Virus record (IMG/VR): IMGVR_UViG_2918493637_000007
Reading direction: 5' to 3' (one strand)
From: a virus
DNA: 64,000 bases
Below are positions 55,144 through 63,718 of this stretch, piece after piece. The first letter of the stretch is position 1; the number at the start of each line of letters is the position of its first letter. Both the position numbers and the translations under genes were made by a program. The notes below the pieces were generated by a model. The model made no database searches. It was not told the DNA's origin and was given only the letters and a program-made list of their open reading frames with translations.

Positions 55144-55171
55144 AAAGGGCGGGGATCGCTCCCCGCCCTTT
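55144..55171 (-). terminator. Terminator hairpin downstream of the major capsid gene
   Basis: AAAGGGCGGGGA-TCGC-TCCCCGCCCTTT. Confidence 0.75.
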
Positions 55172-55205
55172 GATGGTAAGTCAGTGGTGACTTATTGTCG
55201 AGACC

Positions 55206-56108
55206 TTAGATGTTGGTCACGCCCTTGAGACGGGCCACCGAGGTCGTGCGCTTCAGGGCCGTGCCGCAATACCACTTGAGGCGCCAGCGCTGGGCGTCCT
55301 TGCCCTCGAGCTTGCCGATCTCCTCGACCCGCAGACCGGCGGTGGCGCCGCCGTAGAGGCCGTGGATGCCGTCGACCTCGTTGAGGCGCAGGGCGTAGAT
55401 CGAGGTGGAGGCGGTCGACGCGCCCTGGACCTCGTCGGCGGTGATGTAGTCGTTGATGATGACCGGGGTTCCATCGAACGCCGGCAGCGCCTTGCCGAAG
55501 TCCTTGACGATGATCGTGCCGGCGTCGTTGCCGCCCATGGCGCGCAGGAGCGCCTTGATCGAGCGCCAGGTGCCCTTGCGCATCATGAGCACGTCGGCGC
55601 CGCCGATGACCGCGTCACGCAGCTCGTCGAGCATGGTGAAGGAGACGGCCGCGCCGTCGGCGCCGGCGATCAGGGTCTGCTTGGCCGGAACCAGCGCCTT
55701 GACGCCGTCGAACTCCTTGCGGTTCTTCGTGGTGTCGCCGTTCACCAGCGTCCGACGGAACTGCATGCCGAGGGCCTTCGCCTTGGCGGCGAGCTGCACG
55801 GCGAGCTGGTCCTGGGTGTCGGACTGGGTCTCGACCAGGAAGTTGTCCAGGTCGACGTGGCCAGCCAGGATGCGCAGCTTGGCCTGCACTTCCTCGAAGG
55901 TCGCGGCGCCCTCGGTGATGTCCTCGTAGGGGTCGAGGAACGCGCCCTCGGACAGCGTGGCCTCACGAATGTAGTCGTAGGCCTTGCCGTTGACGTGGAC
56001 GAACGGGAACAGGGCGAACAGGTCGTCCTGGACGATGATCTCTTCGATGATGCCGCGCTCGAGCTGATCGACGCTCAGCTTCGCGGCCTCTTCCACAAGC
56101 AGGGGCAT
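55206..56108 (-). CDS. Major capsid protein (HK97 fold)
   Basis: ATG at 56108; 300 aa; FDGVKAL, FDGTPVIIND, RWRLKWYCG; follows the scaffold. Confidence 0.88.
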   Translation of the reverse strand: MPLLVEEAAKLSVDQLERGIIEEIIVQDDLFALFPFVHVNGKAYDYIREATLSEGAFLDPYEDITEGAATFEEVQAKLRILAGHVDLDNFLVETQSDTQDQLAVQLAAKAKALGMQFRRTLVNGDTTKNRKEFDGVKALVPAKQTLIAGADGAAVSFTMLDELRDAVIGGADVLMMRKGTWRSIKALLRAMGGNDAGTIIVKDFGKALPAFDGTPVIINDYITADEVQGASTASTSIYALRLNEVDGIHGLYGGATAGLRVEEIGKLEGKDAQRWRLKWYCGTALKRTTSVARLKGVTNI

Positions 56109-56241
56109 TCCCAATTCTCCTTGGCGACTGCCCGTGCCGGGCATAAGTCATCGGTGACTTACAATAGGATATCCGGCACGGGACTCGTCGCCAAGCAAAA
56201 TCAGTCAGCACTGACTGATTTTTTGCACCACGCAAGGGGTT

Positions 56242-57183
56242 TCAGGCCCCGAGCGCGGCCTTCTTCGCTGCGAGAGCCGCGCGGATGCGGGCGGCGCCCG
56301 TCAGCTCGGTCGTCTCAGCTCCGGCCGTCTTCGCCTGCTTGGTGTTGTCCGTGGTCTTCGACCCGGCACCCGTCGGCATGGTGGAGCGCAGCATGTGGTC
56401 CTTGTCGGGATCCAGCTCGACCAGCTTGGCGATGGCCGCCTCGAAGCCGAGCTTGTTGCCCTGGGCGTCGACGAGGGGCGTGCGATCGGCGGCGCCGCGC
56501 GGCTTGTCGTAGGCCACGACCTTCGTGCCCTCGGTCTCGAAGTGCGAGCCGTAGACGGTCCGGGCCTTAGCCGGGGTCAGCACCAGCTTCTCGCGGATGA
56601 ACGACGAGTTGCCGAAGGCCGAGCCGACGGTGAGCTCGGAGATCGTCGCCTGCGCGGCCGCGAGCTCGGTGTCCTTGGCGGCCACCTGGCTGCGGATCGC
56701 CTCGAGCGCCGTGTTGTGCTGCTCGGTCATCGACTGCTTCACGCGGTCGAACTCGCCCCGGGCCTCGGCCGCGGCCAGCTCGTCGGCCGCCTTCTTCTCG
56801 GCAGCAGTGCGCTTCTCGGCGAGCAGCGAGGCGACCTCCTCGGGCGTCACCTGCCCGAACGCGGCGAGCTTCTCCTGGGCGGTCTGGGCCGCCTTCTTGT
56901 GCTTCATCGTGTCCTTGAGGAGCTTGGCCACCTCGTCGGTGATCTGGTCGCCGGCCTTGGGCAGCGTCGGCTCGGTGCCGGGCTCCGGCGTCGCGGGCGG
57001 GGTCGCGGGCGGCGTGGCCGGGAGAGTGGCCGGGGGCGTCGCGGGCGGGGTCGCCGGGGGCTCTCCACCACCTGCACCGCCCTCGCCCGGGGCGTCGTAG
57101 ACCGGCCGGGAGTGGCCGAAGGGGTGCGTGAAGATCGAGTGCAGCGGGAAGCTGCGGGCCTGGTAGAACTTGGTCACTGTCAT
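56242..57183 (-). CDS. Capsid scaffolding protein
   Basis: PPAT repeats, coiled coil, C-terminal GAARIRAAL; between portal and capsid. Confidence 0.75.
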   Translation of the reverse strand: MTVTKFYQARSFPLHSIFTHPFGHSRPVYDAPGEGGAGGGEPPATPPATPPATLPATPPATPPATPEPGTEPTLPKAGDQITDEVAKLLKDTMKHKKAAQTAQEKLAAFGQVTPEEVASLLAEKRTAAEKKAADELAAAEARGEFDRVKQSMTEQHNTALEAIRSQVAAKDTELAAAQATISELTVGSAFGNSSFIREKLVLTPAKARTVYGSHFETEGTKVVAYDKPRGAADRTPLVDAQGNKLGFEAAIAKLVELDPDKDHMLRSTMPTGAGSKTTDNTKQAKTAGAETTELTGAARIRAALAAKKAALGA

Positions 57184-57235
57184 GCTCCTTGCGCCACAGT
57201 CTCTCGGGCGCGCGGGGTGGTGCCGGGCCTGGGGA

Positions 57236-58867
57236 TCAGGCCGCGGTCTTCTTCTGGGTCTTGTCCGTCACCTGACCCTGCCGACCCTTCGTCGAGGTCT
57301 TCTTGGTGTCGGACTGCCCGGAAGTCTTGGAGGCCGTGGGCGGCGCGTTGCTGCGGCTCGCGGTCAAACTCTCGCCGTCGGCGCCGGCTGCCGGCGTCGT
57401 GGCGTTGAACATCAGCCGGGCCTGCTCGATCGGGTCCTTCGGCCAATCCTTCAGCTCGTCGAGCATCTTGTCCTTGATCGCCTTGGCGATGCCCGGGAAC
57501 AGCTTCTCGATGACCTGCTTCATCTGCTCGGCGCGCACCGTCTGCGGCGCGTCCATGAGCGCGAGGTTCTGGGCGACCGTGAACTCGTCGAACAGCGAGC
57601 GGACGTCGAAGGTCTCGGGGTAGGAGACGAGGTTCTCCTCCGGAGGCGTCTCGCCGGTCCAGAGCGCGACCAGCTCCACGATCTTGTTCTCGACCTGCTG
57701 GAGCGACTGCGCCTTCGAGGTGAGCAGCGAGTTCAGCTTGTCGAAGTCGTAGGCCTTGGCCACGCCCGAGGAGTTGTCGATCCCGACCGCGTTGTCCTGC
57801 TTGGTCCGCTCTCCGCTCGCGCCGGCCGTCTGGTAGATCTCGGCGATGATCTTGTTGATGACGGTGATGATGAGCTGCGCCTGCTTCGGATCCGGCGACA
57901 GGAACTTCGGCTCACCGCCCTCGCTGTCGTATAGGAAGGTCCGCTTGGTGCCGGCCTCGATCAGCGCGTCGTAGCCCTTCTCGCCCGGGAGCACGGACTG
58001 GGCCGGCATCGCGAGCTGGGAGAAGGTCTGGTCCTGGATGATGGCGTCCAAGTTCGACAGGTAGTTCGCGGTGGCGCGATCCAGGTAGGCGATCTCGTCG
58101 ATCAGGCCCGGCGCCCAGTAGAGGTTCTCGCCTATCAGATGGTCGGCGAAGAAGCACGGCACCCGGCCGATCGACACCGCGCCGGTGCCGGTCTGGTCGA
58201 CGCGCGCGTTGCCGCCCCGGGTCGTGTTGACCTCGAAGAGATACCAGTCGGTGCGCGTCCAGAGCCGGTAGCGGACCTTGACCTTGCCGGTGGCCGTGAT
58301 CGGGTCCTTGTCGTCCCGGTAGGTCTCGGCGACCAGGATCCAGAGCAGCTCGCCGTCGTCGTCGTCGAAGCCGTAGTCCAGAATGTTCTGGGGCTTGACG
58401 ATGTAGGCGTAGACGCGCGCGCCGGCCTTCTTCTCGTCGGCCTTGGTCAGCGTCTGGTCGGTCTTGGTGCTGTCGACGAACACCGCGCAGCGCCCGAGCT
58501 GCGACGTGGTCGAGGAAACGAGGCGCACGAACTGGTCGATGTTGAGGTTGGAGCGGGTCGAGGCCTTCCAGAAGGTCTTGATGTAGTCGGGCGCGTCGTC
58601 CTTGCGGATGACGTCGCCCTTGAAGAGATACTTCTGGACGAGCTCCACGATCTCGCGCGTGTGGTTGAAGCGGTAGGCCCGCGCCACACGGTCGTTGAAC
58701 TCCTTGCGCCCCTCCTTGAGATACTTGTGGATGTTCGCCTTGAACCAGTCGCGCGACCCTTCGTAGGTCGCCTCGAGGAAGGTCCAGTGCTTGATCCGGT
58801 TCTCGTATTCGGGGTGGCGCCGCTTCAGGAACTCCTGGAGCTGCTTCTGACTGGCTCCAGAGAGCAT
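57236..58867 (-). CDS. Portal protein
   Basis: 543 aa directly after TerL; RHPEY...YEG...RAYRFN, SGVAKAYDF. Confidence 0.88.
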   Translation of the reverse strand: MLSGASQKQLQEFLKRRHPEYENRIKHWTFLEATYEGSRDWFKANIHKYLKEGRKEFNDRVARAYRFNHTREIVELVQKYLFKGDVIRKDDAPDYIKTFWKASTRSNLNIDQFVRLVSSTTSQLGRCAVFVDSTKTDQTLTKADEKKAGARVYAYIVKPQNILDYGFDDDDGELLWILVAETYRDDKDPITATGKVKVRYRLWTRTDWYLFEVNTTRGGNARVDQTGTGAVSIGRVPCFFADHLIGENLYWAPGLIDEIAYLDRATANYLSNLDAIIQDQTFSQLAMPAQSVLPGEKGYDALIEAGTKRTFLYDSEGGEPKFLSPDPKQAQLIITVINKIIAEIYQTAGASGERTKQDNAVGIDNSSGVAKAYDFDKLNSLLTSKAQSLQQVENKIVELVALWTGETPPEENLVSYPETFDVRSLFDEFTVAQNLALMDAPQTVRAEQMKQVIEKLFPGIAKAIKDKMLDELKDWPKDPIEQARLMFNATTPAAGADGESLTASRSNAPPTASKTSGQSDTKKTSTKGRQGQVTDKTQKKTAA

Positions 58868-58907
58868 GTTCCGCGCGCCTCACCGATTGCAGGGGTCTGA
58901 GGCCACA

Positions 58908-58936
58908 ATAATAAGTCAGCGCTGACTTGTACGCAA
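58908..58936 (-). promoter_or_regulatory. Sigma70-like promoter with the operator filling its spacer (portal)
   Basis: TTGCGT-17nt-TATTAT; the spacer contains the perfect operator at 58913-58928. Confidence 0.65.
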
Positions 58937-58938
58937 CC

Positions 58939-60243
58939 TCAGACCGACACCCCAAGGACGCTGATGCGCCGGACTGGGAACTTGAAGTCGATGCAGTAGC
59001 CGATCGCGTCCATCGGGTGCTCGACGCCCTGCGACTTGTCCACCTCGCGGGTGCCCGGCTTGTAGATGGTCTGCTCGAAGCCCGCGATGACGTGCTTGCA
59101 CCTCCGGTCGACCCGCAGCTTCACCATGCCGTCGGCCGCCTTGAGCATCCGGTTCACCGCGTTGACGCGGTCGGCCACGGGCGGGTGCTTGCGCTTATAC
59201 TGGAGCTTGCGGAAGCCGCCCTGGCGCAGGATGTCGAGATCGCTCTCGCCGCGCCCGTGCCCGCGCTGCGCGCCGGCCGGATCCGGGAAGATGATGACCG
59301 ACTTCTGCTGCTTGAAGTAGCGCCGGTCGAGTTCGAGGCAGACCTCGGCGGTGGACGAGTTGAACAGGATCGCCTCGCCGACCACCCACACCTCGCCGTT
59401 GTCTTGCGGCTGCATGATGACCGAGGACATCGGGTCGATGTTGAAGTCCTGGCCCACCCAGATCGGCAGGTGTGGGTTGAAGGCGAAGTCGCCGACGTGG
59501 ATGTTGCGGTCGAAGGCGTAGTAGACGCGCCCCGACATGGTCTCGAAGCTCGCCTCGAACTCCTGGCGGAACGACTTCTCGTCCATGTTCTGGCGCGCGG
59601 ACGCGATCTCCTCGAGCGGGATGAACGGCGAGGTGATCGTCGGAAACTGCCAGGACTTGTGGTCGTTCTTGCGCAGCCGGCCCTTGCTGTCGCGGTAGGT
59701 CTCGCCGCGCTGGCCCTTCATGTAGACGTCGTAGAGCCAGTTGTAGGCCTTGGGCGTCCCGATGATGATCGCCTCACCCCGCGTCGAGGTGAGCGTCGGG
59801 TAGAGGACCTTGAACCAGGTGTCGGGCTCGATGTCCTGGGCCTCGTCGACGATCACCAGGTTGAGCGCGACGCCGCGCAGGCTGTCCGGCTTGTCCGCGC
59901 CCTTCAGCTCGATGCGCGAGCCGTTGCGCAGCCGCACCGTCATCCGGGTCTCGTTGATCGAGCGGATCCACTTCTTCGGGATGGAGTCCTTCAGCTCGTC
60001 CCAGAGGATCGAGCGGGCCATCCCGTAGGTCGGGGCCACATACCAGATGAGCTGCTTGGTCTTGGCCGCGGCCGCCCGGACCGCGAGGATGCGCGCGAGC
60101 TGCGTCTTGCCCCAGCGCCGGCCGGCCACGACCACGCGCACGCGGCGCGGGTCCTTGAACACCTTCGACTGGCCGCGGTGGAGCGTGAACTCGTGCGCAG
60201 GCGCGCCGCCGAGCCCGGGCAGCAGGGCGGCGGCGCTAGTCAT
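58939..60243 (-). CDS. terL: Terminase large subunit
   Basis: VVAGRRWGKT, YVAPTYGMAR, VIVDEAQD, IGTPKAYN, GQDFNIDP, HPMDAIGY. Confidence 0.95.
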   Translation of the reverse strand: MTSAAALLPGLGGAPAHEFTLHRGQSKVFKDPRRVRVVVAGRRWGKTQLARILAVRAAAAKTKQLIWYVAPTYGMARSILWDELKDSIPKKWIRSINETRMTVRLRNGSRIELKGADKPDSLRGVALNLVIVDEAQDIEPDTWFKVLYPTLTSTRGEAIIIGTPKAYNWLYDVYMKGQRGETYRDSKGRLRKNDHKSWQFPTITSPFIPLEEIASARQNMDEKSFRQEFEASFETMSGRVYYAFDRNIHVGDFAFNPHLPIWVGQDFNIDPMSSVIMQPQDNGEVWVVGEAILFNSSTAEVCLELDRRYFKQQKSVIIFPDPAGAQRGHGRGESDLDILRQGGFRKLQYKRKHPPVADRVNAVNRMLKAADGMVKLRVDRRCKHVIAGFEQTIYKPGTREVDKSQGVEHPMDAIGYCIDFKFPVRRISVLGVSV

Positions 60244-60919
60244 CGTCGCCGTCCTCGATCACCTCTTCCTCGCCGAGGGCGGCGATGGCCGCCTCGTCGG
60301 TCTCGTCGAGGATCTCGGCGTCGTCGGCCTCCTGGGCGTCGCGGCGCGCCTTGATCTCGGCGTCGGTGAGGTCGCGGATCACGAGCTGCGGCAGCTCGCG
60401 GTCATCCACCTCGTCGTGGGCGTCGAGCAGGGTGAAGCGCTCGTCGCGCGCGGCCACGACGATCTTCATGGCGCGCTCCAGCGCCTTCAGGTTCTTGTCC
60501 TCGGTGGAGAACGGCCGGTCCTCCTGCTTGGCCTTGGCGACGAGCGCCATGGCCTGCTGGGCGAGGATCGTCGTCCAGTTGAGGTGCTCGGACCGGGCCT
60601 TCTCGATCTTCTGCTTGCGCTCGGCCGTCAGCTCCTCGGCCGTCTTCTCGGCGGCCTTCACGGTGGCCGCGGTGTTGGCCTTGGCGACCTCGTGGGCGCG
60701 CGAGCCCCGGCGGATCCCGGCGCGCTTGATGCGCTTGGCCAGGGTGTCGGGCTTGATCTTGAACCGGGCGCAGATCTCCGAGGCGTCCGCGGTGCCGAGC
60801 TCCCACAGGTCCTTGATCTGCGCCCACTCAGCGGGCGTCAGGCGGCGGCCGGCGTCGCTCGCATCCTCGTTTTCGAGGGCGGCGTCGTCTCCCGGAACCT
60901 GATCCTCACCAGTCAGCAC
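60236..60919 (-). CDS. terS: Terminase small subunit (N-terminal HTH)
   Basis: Immediately upstream of terL; LTPAEWAQIKDLWELG...SEICARFKIKPDTLAKRI. Confidence 0.75.
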   Translation of the reverse strand: MLTGEDQVPGDDAALENEDASDAGRRLTPAEWAQIKDLWELGTADASEICARFKIKPDTLAKRIKRAGIRRGSRAHEVAKANTAATVKAAEKTAEELTAERKQKIEKARSEHLNWTTILAQQAMALVAKAKQEDRPFSTEDKNLKALERAMKIVVAARDERFTLLDAHDEVDDRELPQLVIRDLTDAEIKARRDAQEADDAEILDETDEAAIAALGEEEVIEDGDDD

Positions 60920-60950
60920 TTACTTACTCCATCGGGCGTGGCTCGGGTAT

Positions 60951-61026
60951 TCCGGCGCCATCGGCCTGTATGTATTATATAGTTGTTTCTTTAGTAGTTA
61001 TATACATTCAGGCCGATGGCGCCGGA
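60951..61026. repeat. Inverted-repeat element with AT-rich core, copy 2
   Basis: TCCGGCGCCATCGGCCTG...CAGGCCGATGGCGCCGGA (18-bp perfect arms) plus TATGTA/TACATT extension. Confidence 0.88.
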
Positions 61027-61307
61027 TCCAAGTCCATCGCGGCACCGGAATTGGACCGCAGCATCTGGTAGGCGAGCAGCGTCGGCGCGATCGTCAGCTT
61101 CCGGCGCTCCCCGTATTTCCGGGCGATCAGGCCGTGCCGGTCGAGATACCGCAGCGAATACTGGAGCGCCTGGTCGGTGATCCCGGCCCCGTAGGACAGG
61201 CACGCCTTCAGCTCGTGAAACCCGATGTCCCGGCTGCCGTCGGCTGCCGCGAACACCAGATTCATGATCTCGTGCTGCTTCTCGGTGCCGGCGAAGGTCT
61301 CAGCCAT
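61008..61307 (-). CDS. Small winged-helix-like protein
   Basis: KQHEIMNLV...ELKACL...QYSLRYLDRHGLIARK wHTH pattern. Confidence 0.6.
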   Translation of the reverse strand: MAETFAGTEKQHEIMNLVFAAADGSRDIGFHELKACLSYGAGITDQALQYSLRYLDRHGLIARKYGERRKLTIAPTLLAYQMLRSNSGAAMDLDPAPSA

Positions 61308-62247
61308 CGACCGGCTCCTTGAGCGGCTCGTTCACGCCCTGCCAGTCGAATGCGGACAGGGGAAGGCGCTCGGGTAGGGCCCGGCCGCGATCGGGGTTGC
61401 GCCACACGCCATACATCGGCGAGGCCAGCGTGATCTGCTGGAGGCTCTTGAAGACCTGGCGCGCCTCCATGGCGTCGACCCGGCCCTGCCCCTTGTCCCG
61501 GTTGTTGCCGGTCTTCTCCAGCGCCGAGTGCCGGTAGTAGAAGTCTCGGGCCGCCCGGAGCAGCCGCTCGCGCTCGGCCGGGGCCTTGGCGTCGAGCTCG
61601 GCCAGGATCGCCTCGTAGTCGGACGGCGACGCCTCGAAGTGGCCCCGGAAGAACTTGAGCCCGGCCTCGAACTTGTTGGCGTTCATCGGCTTCACGAACC
61701 GGAAGCCGGCCTTCTGGCCGAAGTGGTTGAACTTGGACATGGAGCTCTGGATCTCCATGATCGGCGCGCCCTCGAGGCGCGAGGCCAGGTTCATCATCCG
61801 GTAGCCGGCGCCGATGCCGCGATACATCGTGTCCACGACGAAGCGGGAGATCACCCGCATGTTGCGGTTCACCCAGACGTAGCGGTCGGTGTTCGTGAGC
61901 TTGGTCTCGGACCCGCCCGGCTTCAGCTTCGGGAAGGCGATGTGCCGTTCCTTCAGTAGGCCCTTCGGGTTGGCCGTGACCAGGACGCCGATCGTCTCGC
62001 CGGCGAGCGTCAGCTTCCAGAAGCGCGGGCCGATCGGCAGGTTCTCGGCCTTGTAGTGCAGGTCGTGCAGGAGCTCCCAGTCCGCCTTGGTGCCGCGCTC
62101 CACGATCATCTCGTCGATGAGCGAGAAACGGGGCGCAGGAGCGCTCTCGCGCTCGATCAGTGTCTCGGGCGCTTGATACGCGCGGACGCTGTGAGCGAGC
62201 TCCCCAGCGCGACCGGGCGCGTGTTCCTGCACGACGTCGAGCATCAC
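61300..62247 (-). CDS. GNAT-fold acetyltransferase-like protein paired with the ABC ATPase
   Basis: WELLHDLHY, RVISRFVVDTMYRGIGAG (GNAT motif A), SSMSKFN.F...AGF. Confidence 0.75.
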   Translation of the reverse strand: MMLDVVQEHAPGRAGELAHSVRAYQAPETLIERESAPAPRFSLIDEMIVERGTKADWELLHDLHYKAENLPIGPRFWKLTLAGETIGVLVTANPKGLLKERHIAFPKLKPGGSETKLTNTDRYVWVNRNMRVISRFVVDTMYRGIGAGYRMMNLASRLEGAPIMEIQSSMSKFNHFGQKAGFRFVKPMNANKFEAGLKFFRGHFEASPSDYEAILAELDAKAPAERERLLRAARDFYYRHSALEKTGNNRDKGQGRVDAMEARQVFKSLQQITLASPMYGVWRNPDRGRALPERLPLSAFDWQGVNEPLKEPVDG

Positions 62248-62342
62248 TGGTAGCCCAGCGACTGCGCGAGCAGCATCGCGGCGATAATCGAGGCGCCGAG
62301 CGCCAGGCCGAGCACGGCCTCGAGGCGGTCGCGCGGTCTCAC
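62244..62342 (-). CDS. 32-aa single-TM peptide
   Basis: GTG at 62342: MRPRDRLEAVLGLALGASIIAAMLLAQSLGYQ; fills the gap with overlaps at both ends. Confidence 0.45.
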   Translation of the reverse strand: MRPRDRLEAVLGLALGASIIAAMLLAQSLGYQ

Positions 62343-62614
62343 CTGGCGTCCCCGGTCCGTGGGCTCGTCCAGCGGGTGACGATCGGGCAGCTCTGGCCGA
62401 GCGTGGCGCCGACGACGGCCTTGCGGACGTGCTCCGGCATGTCCTCGAGGCGCAGGTCCTCCAGGATCAGGGCGCCGACGGAGAGGGTCAGCAGCACGGA
62501 CCGGGCCGAGGCCTTCACCACGAGCTGCTCGAGGCTGGTCTCGACGAAGTGGGTCCCCTGCGCCTGGACGTTGGTGGCCGGGCCCGTGGGGCGGATCAGG
62601 ACGACGGTGGTCAT
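62339..62614 (-). CDS. Hypothetical protein
   Basis: 91-aa ORF with overlapping junctions. Confidence 0.55.
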   Translation of the reverse strand: MTTVVLIRPTGPATNVQAQGTHFVETSLEQLVVKASARSVLLTLSVGALILEDLRLEDMPEHVRKAVVGATLGQSCPIVTRWTSPRTGDAR

Positions 62615-63252
62615 GGTGCGGCCTTCTCGATGTCGACCCGCTCGCGGAAGCGCTTGGTCAGGGTGAGGGAGGGGGCGAGCTCGGCCGTCAGATCGGTGTG
62701 GGTCGTGGCGACCATCAGCGTCCGGCCCTGCCGGCGCGCGACCTTCTGGATATTGAAGGCGACGACCTTGGCCGTGACCCGGTCGAGCACGGCGCCGAAC
62801 TCGTCGGCGATCCAGACGTCGGCGCCGGACTCCAGCACCTTCGCGAGCTTCAGCCGGTAGCGCTGGCCGTCGGAGAGCTCCGAGGGCTTGCGGATGTAGA
62901 TCCAGGCGTCCGAGATGCCGGCGAGCGCCAGCAGGTGGGTCGCCTCGGTCATCGACGCGCCGACCTGCTCGATCACCGGGCGGTCATCGAGCACGATCTC
63001 GTTCAGGTCGGCGACCTTAAGGCCGCCCGCGCGCATCTGCGCGGCGAGCTCCTTCAGGAGCAGCGACTTGCCCGAGCCCGACTGCCCGGTGATGTAGACG
63101 ACGTCGGCCGGCCGGACCTCGACCTCGAGGCCGTCGTAGATCACGAACTCCTTGTCGGAGAGGCCTAGGCCGAAGCCCTCGGCGACCTCGAGCACGCGCG
63201 GGGTCCGCCCCACCGAGGAGGTGAAGGCCTTCGAGATCCGGTAGACGCTCAC
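62611..63252 (-). CDS. Stand-alone ABC-type ATPase
   Basis: GQSGSGKS, ELSDGQRYR, WIADEF, VATTH; no permease nearby. Confidence 0.9.
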   Translation of the reverse strand: MSVYRISKAFTSSVGRTPRVLEVAEGFGLGLSDKEFVIYDGLEVEVRPADVVYITGQSGSGKSLLLKELAAQMRAGGLKVADLNEIVLDDRPVIEQVGASMTEATHLLALAGISDAWIYIRKPSELSDGQRYRLKLAKVLESGADVWIADEFGAVLDRVTAKVVAFNIQKVARRQGRTLMVATTHTDLTAELAPSLTLTKRFRERVDIEKAAP

Positions 63253-63695
63253 AGCGCGTCCTCCGGGCCGTCCATCAGGACGACCTCGTTGCCGTCGCGC
63301 ATGTTCTCCAGGCCGAACTCGGCGATGTCCTGGAGCGCCTGGTTGAGCATCACGGCGCCGCCCGAGAACAGCAGCGCGGCCTCGTGGTCGCTCTTGCCGG
63401 GCGGGAGGATGACGTGCTGCTCGATGCGACTCTCGTCGATGTTCCAGCCGATCAGGCAGAGCCCGTGCAGCCGGCCAGCGCGGTAGTCCTCGAGCAGCTC
63501 GGTGAGCGCCTCGATCGCCTGCTTGTCGCGCTTCGGCGGTCGGACGCGCTTCGGGGCGGCCCCGGTCTCGGGCGCGGGCTCGTAGGGCTTGCGCGAGAAG
63601 ATGTGGAACACCTTCGGCGTCGTCGGGGCGGCCGCAGCCGCCTCGTCGGCCACCGCCTTCAGGCGCTTGCGGAGTTCGTCGAGGGCATCGCTCAT
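63249..63695 (-). CDS. Hypothetical protein
   Basis: 148-aa co-oriented ORF. Confidence 0.65.
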   Translation of the reverse strand: MSDALDELRKRLKAVADEAAAAAPTTPKVFHIFSRKPYEPAPETGAAPKRVRPPKRDKQAIEALTELLEDYRAGRLHGLCLIGWNIDESRIEQHVILPPGKSDHEAALLFSGGAVMLNQALQDIAEFGLENMRDGNEVVLMDGPEDAL

Positions 63696-63718
63696 GGGCG
63701 TGTCAGTCCTGACTTAAC

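Larger units (their letters stand above)
1343..63715. repeat. Dispersed 16-bp palindromic operator AAGTCAG-NN-CTGACTT (about 28 copies)
   Basis: Starts at 1343, 5024, 5124, 9995, 11955, 14405, 14721, 15445, 16359, 19902 (half), 20371, 20976, 23646, 26927, 28900, 33412, 35030, 35426, 42662, 44953, 50656, 51283, 55178, 56145, 56202, 58913, 60910, 63700. Confidence 0.95.

Noticed and set aside
33493-61026. Inverted-repeat elements as protelomerase (telRL) sites
   Set aside because: The centres are not perfectly palindromic, there are two internal copies, and no protelomerase is visible in the window. Cannot be fully excluded without the rest of the replicon.
1343-63715. Operator repeats as a CRISPR array or IS ends
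   Set aside because: Dispersed single palindromes at promoters; no regular spacers, cas genes or transposase.
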